Virus record (IMG/VR): IMGVR_UViG_3300012953_003264
Span: 1 to 64,000 of that record
Length of the DNA: 64,000 nucleotides
Source of the DNA: a virus
Lineage: Duplodnaviria; Caudoviricetes
Direction: 5' to 3' (one strand)
In this document: piece after piece, positions 46,929 to 56,641 of the stretch
How the letters are laid out: every line of letters starts with the position of its first letter
How positions within the stretch are numbered: the first letter of the stretch is position 1
Translations under genes and position numbers: made by a program
Notes under the pieces: model-generated
The model's database searches: none
What the model was told of the DNA's origin: nothing
What the model saw: the letters and a program-made list of their open reading frames with translations, nothing else

Positions 46929-47666
46929 ATGGACATTAAAGTTGATTTAGATAAACACAAAAAAGTGAATTTAAACATCAAAGAAATCTTGACCAATAGA
47001 TTTACAGCAAAATGGTGGTCGGATAAAAAGGTTGAAGATGAAAAATTACAATATGTTTTAGATTGTGCCTATTTAGCACCATCTAAAAGGAGTGAATATG
47101 ATTATGAAATATTAGTATTAGGTGATTCTCCAAAAGCAAAAGAAATTAAAGATTGGTTATATTGGGAAAACAGTTGGTGTTATAAAGGTGAAAGAGCACC
47201 TGAAGGTGTTGACGGTACTCCTGATAGAAGATATAACGGCCAATGTCAAGCACCTATAGTTTTAGTTTGGCATGGTATTATGGATAAAGTTTCTTATAAC
47301 AGATTTACACCAAGAATAGATGAACCTGATTTATGTAGAGATATGGCAATCTCTACTTCAATAGCTATGATGGCAGCTGAAGAAGTAGGTTTACATACAG
47401 GTTTACAAAGTTGTTTTGAAGAAGATGAATTAGGTAAAAGATTAGGCAAAAAAGGATTTTCTTATATGCTTTTAGGTTTAGGTCATATTGATAAGTATGA
47501 CCACAAAACTATTTTTCCAGACCATGGTCATTTTCCAGGAAGATTTGTTTATAAAGATGGTAAACATATGGGTTTTGATTTTGGTAATAATCCTGCTTAT
47601 GATAAAGAAGTGAATATCAGTAGAAGAGGCAAGAAGACAAAAGAAGACATCATTAAGTTTATATAA
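46929..47666 (+). CDS. Nitroreductase-family flavoprotein
   Basis: ILTNRFTAKWW, AYLAPS, MMAAEEVGLHTG. Confidence 0.8.
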   Translation: MDIKVDLDKHKKVNLNIKEILTNRFTAKWWSDKKVEDEKLQYVLDCAYLAPSKRSEYDYEILVLGDSPKAKEIKDWLYWENSWCYKGERAPEGVDGTPDRRYNGQCQAPIVLVWHGIMDKVSYNRFTPRIDEPDLCRDMAISTSIAMMAAEEVGLHTGLQSCFEEDELGKRLGKKGFSYMLLGLGHIDKYDHKTIFPDHGHFPGRFVYKDGKHMGFDFGNNPAYDKEVNISRRGKKTKEDIIKFI

Positions 47667-47669
47667 ATA
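47662..47669 (+). promoter_or_regulatory. T4 late promoter
   Basis: Exact TATAAATA upstream of 47689. Confidence 0.7.
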
Positions 47670-47688
47670 GAATTAGGAGTATTATATA

Positions 47689-48396
47689 ATGTCAGATAAT
47701 GTAATTGTAAAACCAGGTGTAAGTGGTCAATCAGTCCAATACGATACATCAAAAGTAAAATTAGAAACTGTAGCAGACGAACTTGCTTTATTAAGTTTAG
47801 GTGATTGGGAAGGCCTTAAAGTTAAAGTCAATTCCGGTCAGTACAGAAAAGAAATTAAAGAATTAGAAAACGAATGGGTAGATTATCTACCTAGAACCGA
47901 TAAAGTTAATAATAGAAAAGCTTTATCATTAATGAATCTTCCAGGTAAAACTCATAAAGATAATCCTAGTTTAGCACAGGCATGTGTTGAAGCTGATAGA
48001 TATATTAATGAAGCAGAGTTTAATACACCAACTCTAGCATATGAAAAGTTACCTAGTTTACATCCTTTATTAGAATTATTTCCAACTTTAGGTAGAACAT
48101 TTTTAGTTAAGTGTGGTGTTGGTGGATATTTTACACCTCATAGAGACCACCCATTTATGCCTAGAGATTCATTTAGAGTAGCAGTATTCTTACAAGATTG
48201 TCAACCAATGCAATTTGATTGGATACATGGTAATGAAAAAATGATGATTGAAGAAGGTAGACCATATTATGTTAATACAAAAAAAGTACATAGAACTATG
48301 AGTTGGGCAAAAAATAGTACACACTTAATTATTAATGTACCTTTTACATCTGAAAATGTACAAACATTGATTGCAAATTTACAACATGCTCACTAG
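47689..48396 (+). CDS. AspH-like 2OG-Fe(II) hydroxylase
   Basis: GGYFTPHRD, NTKKVH, HLIIN. Confidence 0.75.
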   Translation: MSDNVIVKPGVSGQSVQYDTSKVKLETVADELALLSLGDWEGLKVKVNSGQYRKEIKELENEWVDYLPRTDKVNNRKALSLMNLPGKTHKDNPSLAQACVEADRYINEAEFNTPTLAYEKLPSLHPLLELFPTLGRTFLVKCGVGGYFTPHRDHPFMPRDSFRVAVFLQDCQPMQFDWIHGNEKMMIEEGRPYYVNTKKVHRTMSWAKNSTHLIINVPFTSENVQTLIANLQHAH

Positions 48397-49102
48397 ACCT
48401 CAAGAAGACAAAGACATAATATTAAACAATTTAGAAGATACATATTACATAGAAAACTTTGTATCTAAAGATGATATAAACGAGTTATGTGATATTTTTG
48501 ATAATTCTTCTAATAAAGTTTATAAAGAAACAGGACCTGTAACTTCTACAATAAAAGATTTTAAAATACCTGTTATGAGAAAAATAACAGATAAAATTTA
48601 TAATCTATATCCTAATAGTGAGATTTACCATGGTATGTTTTTCAATGTAAACTACCCCCATATTATACACAATGATGATAATAGAGATTGGCCTATAATT
48701 TATAAAGCATTTAATATACCTTTAAAATATGATGGTGATGAAATGCCTTATTTGTGTTTCTTTGACCAAGTTTATCTTGACGGACCTAGTAAATTTTTTA
48801 ATGGTGAAACAGATATGAAAACACATTATAATACATGTGTCTATGACTACAAAGATGTATTAGGTAAAAATGATGAAGGTATAGAAAGTCATATCAAAGA
48901 AAAATATCTCACACATTTAAAAGATGAATGGTTAAAAGGTTTAAGTTTTAATTCAGCACATCATTGGAAACCAGGCAATACTATTGTATTTGATTCTTGT
49001 AGATTACATTGTGCTAGCGATTTTAGAACTAATGTAAAAAGTAAATTAGGTATTAGTATATTTACGAAAGTGAGAGTAAATCCTCGGTACCATCCAAAGT
49101 AA
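48371..49102 (+). CDS. 2OG-Fe(II) oxygenase-like protein
   Basis: IHND, WKPG..IVFDSCRLHCAS. Confidence 0.7.
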   Translation: MQIYNMLTRPQEDKDIILNNLEDTYYIENFVSKDDINELCDIFDNSSNKVYKETGPVTSTIKDFKIPVMRKITDKIYNLYPNSEIYHGMFFNVNYPHIIHNDDNRDWPIIYKAFNIPLKYDGDEMPYLCFFDQVYLDGPSKFFNGETDMKTHYNTCVYDYKDVLGKNDEGIESHIKEKYLTHLKDEWLKGLSFNSAHHWKPGNTIVFDSCRLHCASDFRTNVKSKLGISIFTKVRVNPRYHPK

Positions 49103-49703
49103 ACATTAAAGCAATTCTAGGTGTTTTACTCATATTAACTACTGCATGTTGGTAACCAATATTTAAGAAATTAGCAGTACCATCTTTTAAAATATAAGCT
49201 TCCATTTCATTATTTCTTTTAAATAAATTTACAACATTATCACTACCATATATTGGTACGATACATCTTACTCCGTAGTTTACATCATAATCAACATGAA
49301 AAGGTATCATTTTACCAGGTGCTAATTTAGTTATTCTAACTCTACTAGCAGGTGCCTTACATTGAGTTACAATCTCCTCAAAATAACTGCCTGTATAATC
49401 TTCCGTAGGAACTTTATATAAATGTTCTTCTCTTCTTTTTAGTCTTTCTTTAATGCTTGTAGTATGTGGTAATACTTCACTAGGCGTTGTTAAATTAATT
49501 TGTTCAAAATTATCGTAAACACTTTTTACTAATTCAGCGTGATTATCGCATAATCCAGGATTTGCTGATTCTACATCTAAAAACTTATCAGCTAACTTAT
49601 CAGTTTCTTTTCTTAATTTAATTAAGTTAATTGTAATAGGTAATGTAGCTACAGTAGGTAGTGTGTGTTTATTCATTAATTTTGCCATCATGTTTCCTTT
49701 CAA
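49062..49703 (-). CDS. AspH-like 2OG-Fe(II) hydroxylase
   Basis: RVRITKLAPG..IPFHVD, GYQHAV.N, RIAL. Confidence 0.8.
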   Translation of the reverse strand: MKGNMMAKLMNKHTLPTVATLPITINLIKLRKETDKLADKFLDVESANPGLCDNHAELVKSVYDNFEQINLTTPSEVLPHTTSIKERLKRREEHLYKVPTEDYTGSYFEEIVTQCKAPASRVRITKLAPGKMIPFHVDYDVNYGVRCIVPIYGSDNVVNLFKRNNEMEAYILKDGTANFLNIGYQHAVVNMSKTPRIALMFTLDGTEDLLSLS

Positions 49704-50316
49704 CTATAAATTCAGATTCAGGCCGCCAATCATAATCTCCTTGAAGTCTAATACTATAAACATATTGTAAAGTGTTATTAGTTTTAAACAAGAAATTCTT
49801 TTCTAATTGTAAACTATTGTACCATTCTCCTTTTGTATGTTCTTTAAAACTAGGTACAGTCATAACTTTTCTTCGTTGATATAATTTATTTATAGTAATA
49901 TTATTAATATCATGTGTAATATAAAGTATCTTATATCCTTTCTCTCTCGCCCATTTGATTTGATGTTCTCCCATAATCAAACCACAATGGCTAAATCTAT
50001 AGCCGTCTAGTATATGGTATCTACAAACTCTAACTGCAATGTCGGGGTCATTTGTATAATGTGATTTTTCAGCAGCTGATATTGATATCAATTTATCATA
50101 CTTATTTAATTTTTCTCTAACTTTATTATTAGGTTTTAAATATGTTTCCCACTCTTCAACATATTTGTAACACATCCATGTTTCTATATTAGGGTCTTCG
50201 GGGTCGTACTTATCATAACTTAAACTATTGTTGCCTTCTTTAAAAGTTTGTTTTCTAAAAACTTCTATATTCGGCCAATGAATATTTGGATTATCTGAAT
50301 ATTTTTTTACTTCCAT
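49669..50316 (-). CDS. Possible GNAT-fold protein
   Basis: VRVCRYHIL..YR...GL.M...I.WAREKGY. Confidence 0.45.
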   Translation of the reverse strand: MEVKKYSDNPNIHWPNIEVFRKQTFKEGNNSLSYDKYDPEDPNIETWMCYKYVEEWETYLKPNNKVREKLNKYDKLISISAAEKSHYTNDPDIAVRVCRYHILDGYRFSHCGLIMGEHQIKWAREKGYKILYITHDINNITINKLYQRRKVMTVPSFKEHTKGEWYNSLQLEKNFLFKTNNTLQYVYSIRLQGDYDWRPESEFIVERKHDGKINE

Positions 50317-50939
50317 TTTTCTAACCAGTTTTTATAAGATGATAACATTTCATCTTTACTCTTCCATTGTTTAGTTTCTTGTTTCTCAATAGTTACTAAA
50401 TTACTTTTAAAACTATCTATATAATCAATTTCATTTCTTATAAAACCAATATTATCTTTATATAGATTATCCCAGCAATCATTTTTTACAATACTTTTTA
50501 CAACATGACCACCCATTTTTTCTAATAGATGTTTAGTCATATCAAAGTGTCTACCTCCTGCCTTTTTTGAAGGTGTAAATGTAATTAGTATTATAGGTTT
50601 ATATGAAAAACCATATGATGTGCCTAGATTATTATTCATGTTTGATTTTACAACTAACCAATCCATAGCATTTTTAAATACTGCTGAATAATGACCTGTA
50701 TGTTCAGGCACAGCAAAAACAAAAACATCTGTATCATGTAAATCTTTATCAAACTCTTTTATACCTTCATCAACTTTACCATCTACATCATTTGTATCAA
50801 GTAACTTCATGTTATAATCATTCATTGATTTACATACATGAAAGTTAATATAATCATTCATCATTAATAAACCTCTAGTATTCATACTATCAGGATTATT
50901 ACTAAAACTAAATGCTGAAATTTTACAAGACATAATCAA
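50307..50939 (-). CDS. NAD(P)H-dependent FMN reductase (flavodoxin-like)
   Basis: FAVPEHTGHYSAVFKNAMDWL. Confidence 0.85.
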   Translation of the reverse strand: MIMSCKISAFSFSNNPDSMNTRGLLMMNDYINFHVCKSMNDYNMKLLDTNDVDGKVDEGIKEFDKDLHDTDVFVFAVPEHTGHYSAVFKNAMDWLVVKSNMNNNLGTSYGFSYKPIILITFTPSKKAGGRHFDMTKHLLEKMGGHVVKSIVKNDCWDNLYKDNIGFIRNEIDYIDSFKSNLVTIEKQETKQWKSKDEMLSSYKNWLEKWK

Positions 50940-51804
50940 AATGATTCCTCTCTTTATACCAACATGCCGACCTTAATAACTCTCTAGTTTGGTCTTTTGC
51001 TATCGTAGGCCTTCTATGAATAGTTGTTAACTGGTCCATTAATAAAATATCACCAGGTTTCCATTTATGTTTATAAGTGTAGTTATCAGTTATAAAATCT
51101 TTATATATTTCATTATACAATTCTTTATGAGAAAAGTTTAACAAACCTACAAATTCTGTAATTTCATATGGTTGAAAAAATATACCTTCAATACCTAAAG
51201 GATGATTTGGTACTAGTTTATGTTTATCTAATACACCTCGCCATTCTTTAAATCTTTTATCAATTAAATCAGCTCTACTTTTATTTCTATTTTGTTTTAT
51301 ACCATTCATAACTGTATCAGTATATTTTTTATCCCAATCAGGCCTCCATGGTTGATTTATAGGAGTACCACCTGAATGATTTAATTTGGTGTATAAACTT
51401 TTATATAACTCTTTAGTTGTTGCACTTAATTTTCTCATGTAAGGAATACTAGTACATATCCATGTTTCAGTATCATATGTTATTGTTTTACCATACAAAC
51501 CTATAACTTCTTGAGCGTCAGCGTGAGGTACCAAATTACTGTGCCAATCTAATTCATCATCTGCAAATAGACCTTGATTTTCTCCGTCTACCTTTTCGTT
51601 TGTTACACGCCAAAAGTATTCACTATGTTCCTTATCTGTACACCAAATATCAGGACTTATATGATATCCAAATGCAAGATTCCATTTTGCAAATTCTTCA
51701 GGACTTGCACCACTATTTTCAATCACCAAATATCCATGTTCAGCAACCATTTTGTTTGCGTCAATAGGGTCTATTGCTTCTAATTTTTTATTTTGTAAAA
51801 TCAT
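50923..51804 (-). CDS. TauD/TfdA-family dioxygenase with H-x-N motif
   Basis: LDWHSN, HKWKPGDILLMDQ..TIHRR. Confidence 0.8.
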   Translation of the reverse strand: MILQNKKLEAIDPIDANKMVAEHGYLVIENSGASPEEFAKWNLAFGYHISPDIWCTDKEHSEYFWRVTNEKVDGENQGLFADDELDWHSNLVPHADAQEVIGLYGKTITYDTETWICTSIPYMRKLSATTKELYKSLYTKLNHSGGTPINQPWRPDWDKKYTDTVMNGIKQNRNKSRADLIDKRFKEWRGVLDKHKLVPNHPLGIEGIFFQPYEITEFVGLLNFSHKELYNEIYKDFITDNYTYKHKWKPGDILLMDQLTTIHRRPTIAKDQTRELLRSACWYKERNHFDYVL

Positions 51805-52603
51805 CTTTTGTTATCACATAGTCCTTATATTTTGTTATACTTCTTTCTAACAATTCATGCCATTTAGGAATATTTAAAGTACCCATTGGCATTAATTGAA
51901 TTCTTTTTGTAGGGTGGTAACCTGCGTCTGCGCCATGTTCATGTACCGTACCATCATATGCCATAGCATTTGTTTCTGGTGGTAACATAGGATATATTCT
52001 TGTTTGAGCATGGTCTTTTGTAAAATATAAATGTTCTTTTTTCCAATCAGTAACTTTACTCCACCTAACTCTTACTTGACTAGGCTCTTGGTGTTTTAAA
52101 TCTTCTCTTGCTTTGTCGTATTCGTCATAATGAGGACCAACTCCGTGTGTATCTCTTCCTACAAATGCCAACCATCTAACATTATCATAAGGCATTGAAT
52201 CAATAAATTTTATAATATCTGGAAACTCATCATGTACAAAATCACACCACTCACCTTTTACATCTCCGTAATATGCACCATTTTTAAATAACATTAATGC
52301 TCTGTAATCGTGATTAATATATGTACTATGTCTTGAACTATTAATATCAGATTTATCCTTATCAAACCATACATGTTTCTTATCATTGATTGTAGTCCAT
52401 CTTTTCCACATTAAATCTAAATCTAAATTAACATATGGCACATCTAAAGGTGTCCAAACAACACCCTTATAACCATGATATTCACTTTTATAATTTACTT
52501 TATGGTGTTCATCATGTTCAGGATTATCTCTAGCAATATATTTTTCAATATTATCACCAGGCAATTTTTCATCTATGTCTTTAACTATTCTGTATCTTGC
52601 CAT
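51788..52603 (-). CDS. 2OG-Fe(II)/cupin-like oxygenase
   Basis: VGPHYD, YDG.VHEHG, RI. Confidence 0.6.
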   Translation of the reverse strand: MARYRIVKDIDEKLPGDNIEKYIARDNPEHDEHHKVNYKSEYHGYKGVVWTPLDVPYVNLDLDLMWKRWTTINDKKHVWFDKDKSDINSSRHSTYINHDYRALMLFKNGAYYGDVKGEWCDFVHDEFPDIIKFIDSMPYDNVRWLAFVGRDTHGVGPHYDEYDKAREDLKHQEPSQVRVRWSKVTDWKKEHLYFTKDHAQTRIYPMLPPETNAMAYDGTVHEHGADAGYHPTKRIQLMPMGTLNIPKWHELLERSITKYKDYVITKDDFTK

Positions 52604-53223
52604 TTTTTATCCCAATCTTCATATAAATGAAGCCATTTACATATTGTTCTAACATCTGTATGTTCAGTAATTTTATTTTTCTTTTCGTATGGTTCTGATA
52701 ATACTTTATACATATTTTCAGCACCTTCTTGTACCCACTCATAATTATCAGGAACACATTTTTCCCAACCGTGATTATATACTATATGTCCATGATGTAT
52801 TACTTGAAAGTTTTTTAACAATCTTTTTATCTCGTCTGCATGTCTTCCACCATTCTTGTAACTAGGAGAGAATGTTACACTAAACATTGGCTTATGACTT
52901 ATACTATAAGGTATATTTAAATCTTTATCGTAATTACTTTTTACAACTAACCAATCCATGGCATTTTTAAATGTACCACAATAACCTCCCATCATTTCCG
53001 CTATAAAAAATATATAAGCGTCAGCGTCAATTAAAGCTTTGTCAAATTCTATTACACTATCAGGAACATTGCCGTCTGCCATATTAGTGTCTAATATTGG
53101 TATATTAAAATCACCTAGATTAACAACCTTATGAAAAGGTATAAATTTATTTAAAAGTTTTATACCTCTTTGTTGCATAGACTTTGGCGAACAACTAAAA
53201 TTAACTGCAACTATTTTATTCAT
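52585..53223 (-). CDS. NAD(P)H-dependent FMN reductase, paralog of 50307-50939
   Basis: FIAEMMGGYCGTFKNAMDWLVVKSN. Confidence 0.85.
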   Translation of the reverse strand: MNKIVAVNFSCSPKSMQQRGIKLLNKFIPFHKVVNLGDFNIPILDTNMADGNVPDSVIEFDKALIDADAYIFFIAEMMGGYCGTFKNAMDWLVVKSNYDKDLNIPYSISHKPMFSVTFSPSYKNGGRHADEIKRLLKNFQVIHHGHIVYNHGWEKCVPDNYEWVQEGAENMYKVLSEPYEKKNKITEHTDVRTICKWLHLYEDWDKKWQDTE

Positions 53224-53834
53224 AGTAATTTAGCCTCTGCAATCAATCGTCTACCACAAAATATCTCTGCGTCAATAATATGTTCTTCCCAAATATCATA
53301 ATCATCCATATCCTGTGTTATTGTTTTTAATTCTAATCTATCATCATAATGTTTTTGTGTATGGTACGGTTCTTGTATGATAGCATTATTACACCAATAA
53401 AATTTCATGGTATCTTTAAACAATTTAAAATGTTCTTTTTCATATAATAATACACCACTAAAAATTACAACATCAACTCTAAAACCAACTGATTCTAATT
53501 TATTCCAATCAGATACTTTATAATCTATATTTGGTTTATGGCACCATTGGTGCTGTGCAATTTTTATAGGTTCAGGTGAAGTATCAAATCCATAATAATT
53601 ATAAAACTGATAATTCTTCTCATGTAATATTTCATTTACTGGACCGTGTCGGCAACCTACATCTACAATACCTTTATATCCGTTTTCAATAATAATGTCT
53701 GCCTGTTTTTCAAAGATAGGTTTTGCCTCTTTTGTATCAAGGTATGACATATCATTCATAGCATACTCTTTTCTCAAAGGCACTTTAAAATCAGATGGCA
53801 GTTTAGGCCACGGAATGGATTTTGTTGAAATCAC
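53220..53834 (-). CDS. Class I SAM-dependent methyltransferase
   Basis: IVDVGCRHG, YGFD, DVVIFSGVL. Confidence 0.8.
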   Translation of the reverse strand: MISTKSIPWPKLPSDFKVPLRKEYAMNDMSYLDTKEAKPIFEKQADIIIENGYKGIVDVGCRHGPVNEILHEKNYQFYNYYGFDTSPEPIKIAQHQWCHKPNIDYKVSDWNKLESVGFRVDVVIFSGVLLYEKEHFKLFKDTMKFYWCNNAIIQEPYHTQKHYDDRLELKTITQDMDDYDIWEEHIIDAEIFCGRRLIAEAKLL

Positions 53835-54621
53835 TTGCTATTCTCCATAATAATCTATTGTTGTCCATAACTGGTGTTCTTCGGTGTAAACTAGTAAATT
53901 GGTCCATTAAAAGTAAATCACCTTTTTTAAATATATGATGATACTGATACTCTGATTTAAATATTAATTTTTTTAACTTATCAATCATTTCTTCATGGTC
54001 AATTAGTGTTTTTCCTTGCCATGCTTTAATTATAAAATGATAAGGAAAATAAAAGTAAAATTTATCTATATGTGGGTGTTTGCCAACTAAAGGCCTAATA
54101 CTACCTTTATTCTTGCTCATAAATTCTAACTCGGGGTCACCTTCTTCTAAATCATATATTGTATTGTTTCTAAATTTTAATCTTATCTTTATAGACTTCC
54201 AGTATTCTTGTTCATCTTCGGATAATTCATAAAAAGGTTTACTAGTATTACATACGCTTAAAGTTGTATTGATATCTTCTTTTACACAATATAAACTAAT
54301 TAAAATTTTATCTATTAAGTGTCTTGAATTACCATTTGAATGCCAACCTAATTCTGTATCACCAAACATACCAATTTTTTTGCCGTCTTTATCTCTTTTA
54401 CCTGTAACTAAAAATATTTCTGGATATTCTTTAGGATTCATAAAAAGCATAGGTGTTTCACATTCACCAAATTTCTTTAATGTATCAACATATTCTCTTT
54501 CATTAAAATCTTGATTATACATTACTGCCACGCCTTCTCGGTGTATGACATCTACTAATTGTTTTAGTTTTTTATTATCTAAAGTTTTTAATTGTGTTGT
54601 TGTTTTAAATGGTTCTATCAT
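53803..54621 (-). CDS. TauD/TfdA-family dioxygenase with H-x-N motif
   Basis: LGWHSN, FKKGDLLLMDQF.SLHRR. Confidence 0.8.
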   Translation of the reverse strand: MIEPFKTTTQLKTLDNKKLKQLVDVIHREGVAVMYNQDFNEREYVDTLKKFGECETPMLFMNPKEYPEIFLVTGKRDKDGKKIGMFGDTELGWHSNGNSRHLIDKILISLYCVKEDINTTLSVCNTSKPFYELSEDEQEYWKSIKIRLKFRNNTIYDLEEGDPELEFMSKNKGSIRPLVGKHPHIDKFYFYFPYHFIIKAWQGKTLIDHEEMIDKLKKLIFKSEYQYHHIFKKGDLLLMDQFTSLHRRTPVMDNNRLLWRIASDFNKIHSVA

Positions 54622-55393
54622 ATTCTTCCTTTATCAATTCGCATAAACTAATTCTATTAATATCTCCTTTTTTGAATTTATCATAGTCTTTATTATTTGT
54701 AGTTGCCAACCATACACTATCTGAAGGTATTAAGTCCAACTCATCACATAATTTTTCTTGTATAGGTTTTAATTCAGTATTTACATCATAAACATTAACT
54801 TGTTTTATTATCTCTTCACCTAATGCCATTGAATGATAATTATAATACTTTGCTGAGTTTATTAGCCTTTCTAATTGTTCATCTGGTTCTCTTGACCAAT
54901 AATAACCTATTCTATAATTTCTTAAACCAAAACATTTACTCATAGAGAAAAATACTTTTTCAACATTTTTTGATGGTTTGCCATATCTAACTTTCTTTGA
55001 ACAAGAACCTACATGTGCTATATCTAATACAACAGGAACATCTTGAGGTATATCTGTAATATTACCTTCAGCTGATGAAGGATTGGACATGTATATTATA
55101 TCACCAGAATCACTTTCTGGCAACCATACATAATCATCTTTATGTCTAAAAACTTTCCTATCTTCTTGCATGTACCAATAATTGATACCCTCTGTTATAC
55201 CATTTGCAGGATAAACATATTTGAAATCTGATAGGTCAATTACAGGTTTTAACCACTCTGTAATATTAGAAGAGAATCTTTTGACCTCTGTATGATTGTC
55301 TATTTTGAAACTATCACATATTGCTTTTACTTTGGCAATAGGAAATGTTCTAATAGCTAATGATTGTTTAAGTATTTTTTCTTTTTGGTTCAT
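54605..55393 (-). CDS. Compact PLP-dependent (fold type I) enzyme
   Basis: NGITEGI, SNPSS..G, VVLDIAH, FSMSKCFGL...RIGY. Confidence 0.75.
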   Translation of the reverse strand: MNQKEKILKQSLAIRTFPIAKVKAICDSFKIDNHTEVKRFSSNITEWLKPVIDLSDFKYVYPANGITEGINYWYMQEDRKVFRHKDDYVWLPESDSGDIIYMSNPSSAEGNITDIPQDVPVVLDIAHVGSCSKKVRYGKPSKNVEKVFFSMSKCFGLRNYRIGYYWSREPDEQLERLINSAKYYNYHSMALGEEIIKQVNVYDVNTELKPIQEKLCDELDLIPSDSVWLATTNNKDYDKFKKGDINRISLCELIKEEYDRTI

Positions 55394-56024
55394 AATCTTT
55401 AAATAATTTCTCTGCTATCCAACCACCTGTATCAAACTTATGTAATCTAATTCTTTTAAAATTTTCGTGATGATTTTTATGATAGCCCTCACCTGCAATA
55501 AACATATTCAACCAAGGTACATTAGCACCTCCTGGTGTATTATGTCCGACTGTATTTAATAGTCCAAAACCTATCTTCGCAAAGACAAATGGTACGGCAC
55601 AAAAGGCCACCCAAAAATATGGACTAATTAAAAAACTTATTATGTTAACACTTACTAGTATATGTAACCAGTATTTGTGGCAAAAAACTAATCTAGGATT
55701 TTTATATAAATCTCTAGCATATTTCATAGGTATATTTTTTATATCCCATGTAGTAAATAAAACTTTCCAAAAACCCACATGTTTAGCTGCATGAGGATCC
55801 TCTGGTCCGTCTGAATGTTTATGGTGCATACGGTGACTCGCAATCCAACCTATTGGTGTTCTAATACATGCTATCATTAACATTGCTAAACCAATTGTTT
55901 CAAACCATGCTGGAACTTTAAATTGGTTATGGCAATAATGCCTATGTAATAGTATGCTAGCACCAAAATGTGATATAATTTGAGACCACACAATGCCTAT
56001 TAATATTGATATTGTTAACATCAT
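55368..56024 (-). CDS. Membrane fatty-acid desaturase (delta-9-like)
   Basis: His boxes HRHYCH, HRMHH, HKNHH. Confidence 0.9.
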   Translation of the reverse strand: MMLTISILIGIVWSQIISHFGASILLHRHYCHNQFKVPAWFETIGLAMLMIACIRTPIGWIASHRMHHKHSDGPEDPHAAKHVGFWKVLFTTWDIKNIPMKYARDLYKNPRLVFCHKYWLHILVSVNIISFLISPYFWVAFCAVPFVFAKIGFGLLNTVGHNTPGGANVPWLNMFIAGEGYHKNHHENFKRIRLHKFDTGGWIAEKLFKDYEPKRKNT

Positions 56025-56029
56025 ACTCC

Positions 56030-56037
56030 TATTTATC
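56030..56037 (-). promoter_or_regulatory. Late promoter variant GATAAATA
   Basis: 5 nt upstream of the desaturase ATG. Confidence 0.5.
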
Positions 56038-56602
56038 TCACTCCTATAACCATGAATCTTTTATATTTTGGCAATTCTAACTCACCTTTATACAAAACTT
56101 TTTGAAATTTTAAGGTATCGGCAAACTCTTCTAAAGTGTTAAAACAATTTACATGGTCTTTTATTTCAAAGTAATTATTTGATTGTAGTATAACCATGGT
56201 ACCTTTTTCTATGTTATTAAATATATTATCAAAATCTGATTGAGTTAAGTGTTCACATGAGGTACAAGCAATAACATCATATTTTTTAGTGTCATAATTT
56301 ATTATATTATTTGTTTCAAAATTAACTTTTTTATACAATAATTCACCGACCATTTTACAATTTTCATCCATATCAATAGAAGTTACATCACCAAAATGTA
56401 ACAATCTGTCTGCAAGATTGCCATACCAACCGGCAAGAACAATTATTTTAGGGTTTACTAGTAAATTAAGATACTGGTTACAATTTTCAATTAACCATTG
56501 TTTACATTTTTCTTGATTTTCATTAACTGAATGAACAATAGTTTTGGCCAAGTTATCTTTGGTAACTCGTTCTATAACATTTAATACTCTTCTCAAACTC
56601 AT
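56033..56602 (-). CDS. Class I SAM methyltransferase-like protein
   Basis: IVLAGWYG, SIDMD, CTSCEH, ILQSNNY. Confidence 0.65.
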   Translation of the reverse strand: MSLRRVLNVIERVTKDNLAKTIVHSVNENQEKCKQWLIENCNQYLNLLVNPKIIVLAGWYGNLADRLLHFGDVTSIDMDENCKMVGELLYKKVNFETNNIINYDTKKYDVIACTSCEHLTQSDFDNIFNNIEKGTMVILQSNNYFEIKDHVNCFNTLEEFADTLKFQKVLYKGELELPKYKRFMVIGVR

Positions 56603-56637
56603 ATAAATATAACCATTATTAGTTATGGATATTTATA
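56602..56637. promoter_or_regulatory. Face-to-face late promoters (plus 56602-56609; minus 56630-56637)
   Basis: Two exact TATAAATA at the strand switch. Confidence 0.7.
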
Positions 56638-56641
56638 CAAG

